Below the pieces are notes generated by a model that was not told the origin of the DNA, ran no database searches, and saw only the letters and a program-made list of their open reading frames with translations. The position numbers and the translations under genes are program-made. From an uncultured Planctomycetaceae bacterium (GTDB lineage Bacteria > Planctomycetota > Planctomycetia > Planctomycetales > Planctomycetaceae), in NCBI GenBank assembly GCA_937919915.1, contig CALFOL010000581.1:1-40517 (forward strand): 40,517 bases of DNA, given 5' to 3'. Shown here in pieces: positions 40,118-40,517 of the stretch. Positions within the stretch are counted from its first letter, which is position 1, and each line of letters starts with the position of its first letter.

Positions 40118-40517
40118 TCACTTCAAGGTTTTAGCGAACGACAGATCAACATCAAATCTGGAGGCAAGTTCCAGTACGTTGTCGGTCTTTACGTCAATGC
40201 CTTCGACATCACTCTTTTTAAAGTGAAGATGAAGCATCACGTGTCTTTCGGCTGCATCCGGGTCAATCTCGCTCTCCCACTCACCAACTGGTACATCCAA
40301 TACCGTGACGGCTAACAAATCGAAATCATTTGCGTCCTGAAACGACTGGACGAGGCTTGCTATGGTGCTTTTCGTGTCTCTTGTTCCGAGATAAAATCTG
40401 ACACCCACGATTTCACCGGCTGGGACAATCGACGCACTGCTAATCAATTCCCTGGCTGCTTTTTCGAAACTAACAACCGACCCCTCTGGGGTATTACATC
40501 CCATGAAACACATTGCA
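40118..40517 (-). CDS. Hypothetical protein, possible lipoprotein, probably starting beyond the right edge of the window
   Basis: The frame is open to the window end. AMCFMGC resembles the end of a lipoprotein signal peptide, and the C-terminal part loosely resembles RraB-like ferredoxin folds. Confidence 0.55.
   Translation of the reverse strand, partial: AMCFMGCNTPEGSVVSFEKAARELISSASIVPAGEIVGVRFYLGTRDTKSTIASLVQSFQDANDFDLLAVTVLDVPVGEWESEIDPDAAERHVMLHLHFKKSDVEGIDVKTDNVLELASRFDVDLSFAKTLK

Overview
A 40.5-kb bacterial chromosomal window, very probably from a planctomycete (Planctomycetota). That is an inference from the DUF1559 prepilin-like gene, the DUF1080/PVC-type CxxCH heme protein and the gene style. 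Intact genes are: a truncated DUF1559 gene, a 1.3-kaa DUF1080 + beta-propeller + cytochrome c protein, an N4BP2-like P-loop kinase, an M20 (ArgE/DapE) peptidase, ligA, a stand-alone dnaE2, an AsmA-like protein, a TolB-propeller/PA/M28/PDZ peptidase, a four-gene ABC export operon, priA, a PhnA-type protein and a two-gene tripartite tricarboxylate transporter with a TctC-TctB fusion. Positions ~4.4-10.3 kb form a decayed accessory patch that the ORF track largely misses. It holds an FGE-sulfatase relic, a diverged 153-bp copy of part of the neighbouring heme gene, a broken DUF1583/TolB-like gene, a degraded IS5-family element with inverted repeats and a Ser/Thr-kinase relic. The kinase and FGE relics may be the two ends of one ancestral gene. 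The most notable unannotated signals are a ~104-bp TA-bounded, structured repeat present three times, a membrane-tethered toxin-like RNase domain with no immunity gene beside it, a G11 tract just upstream of the prepilin-like gene, and an orphan promoter followed by a UUCG hairpin. I saw no rRNA, tRNA or CRISPR array. All family calls come from motif recognition by eye; no database searches were run.
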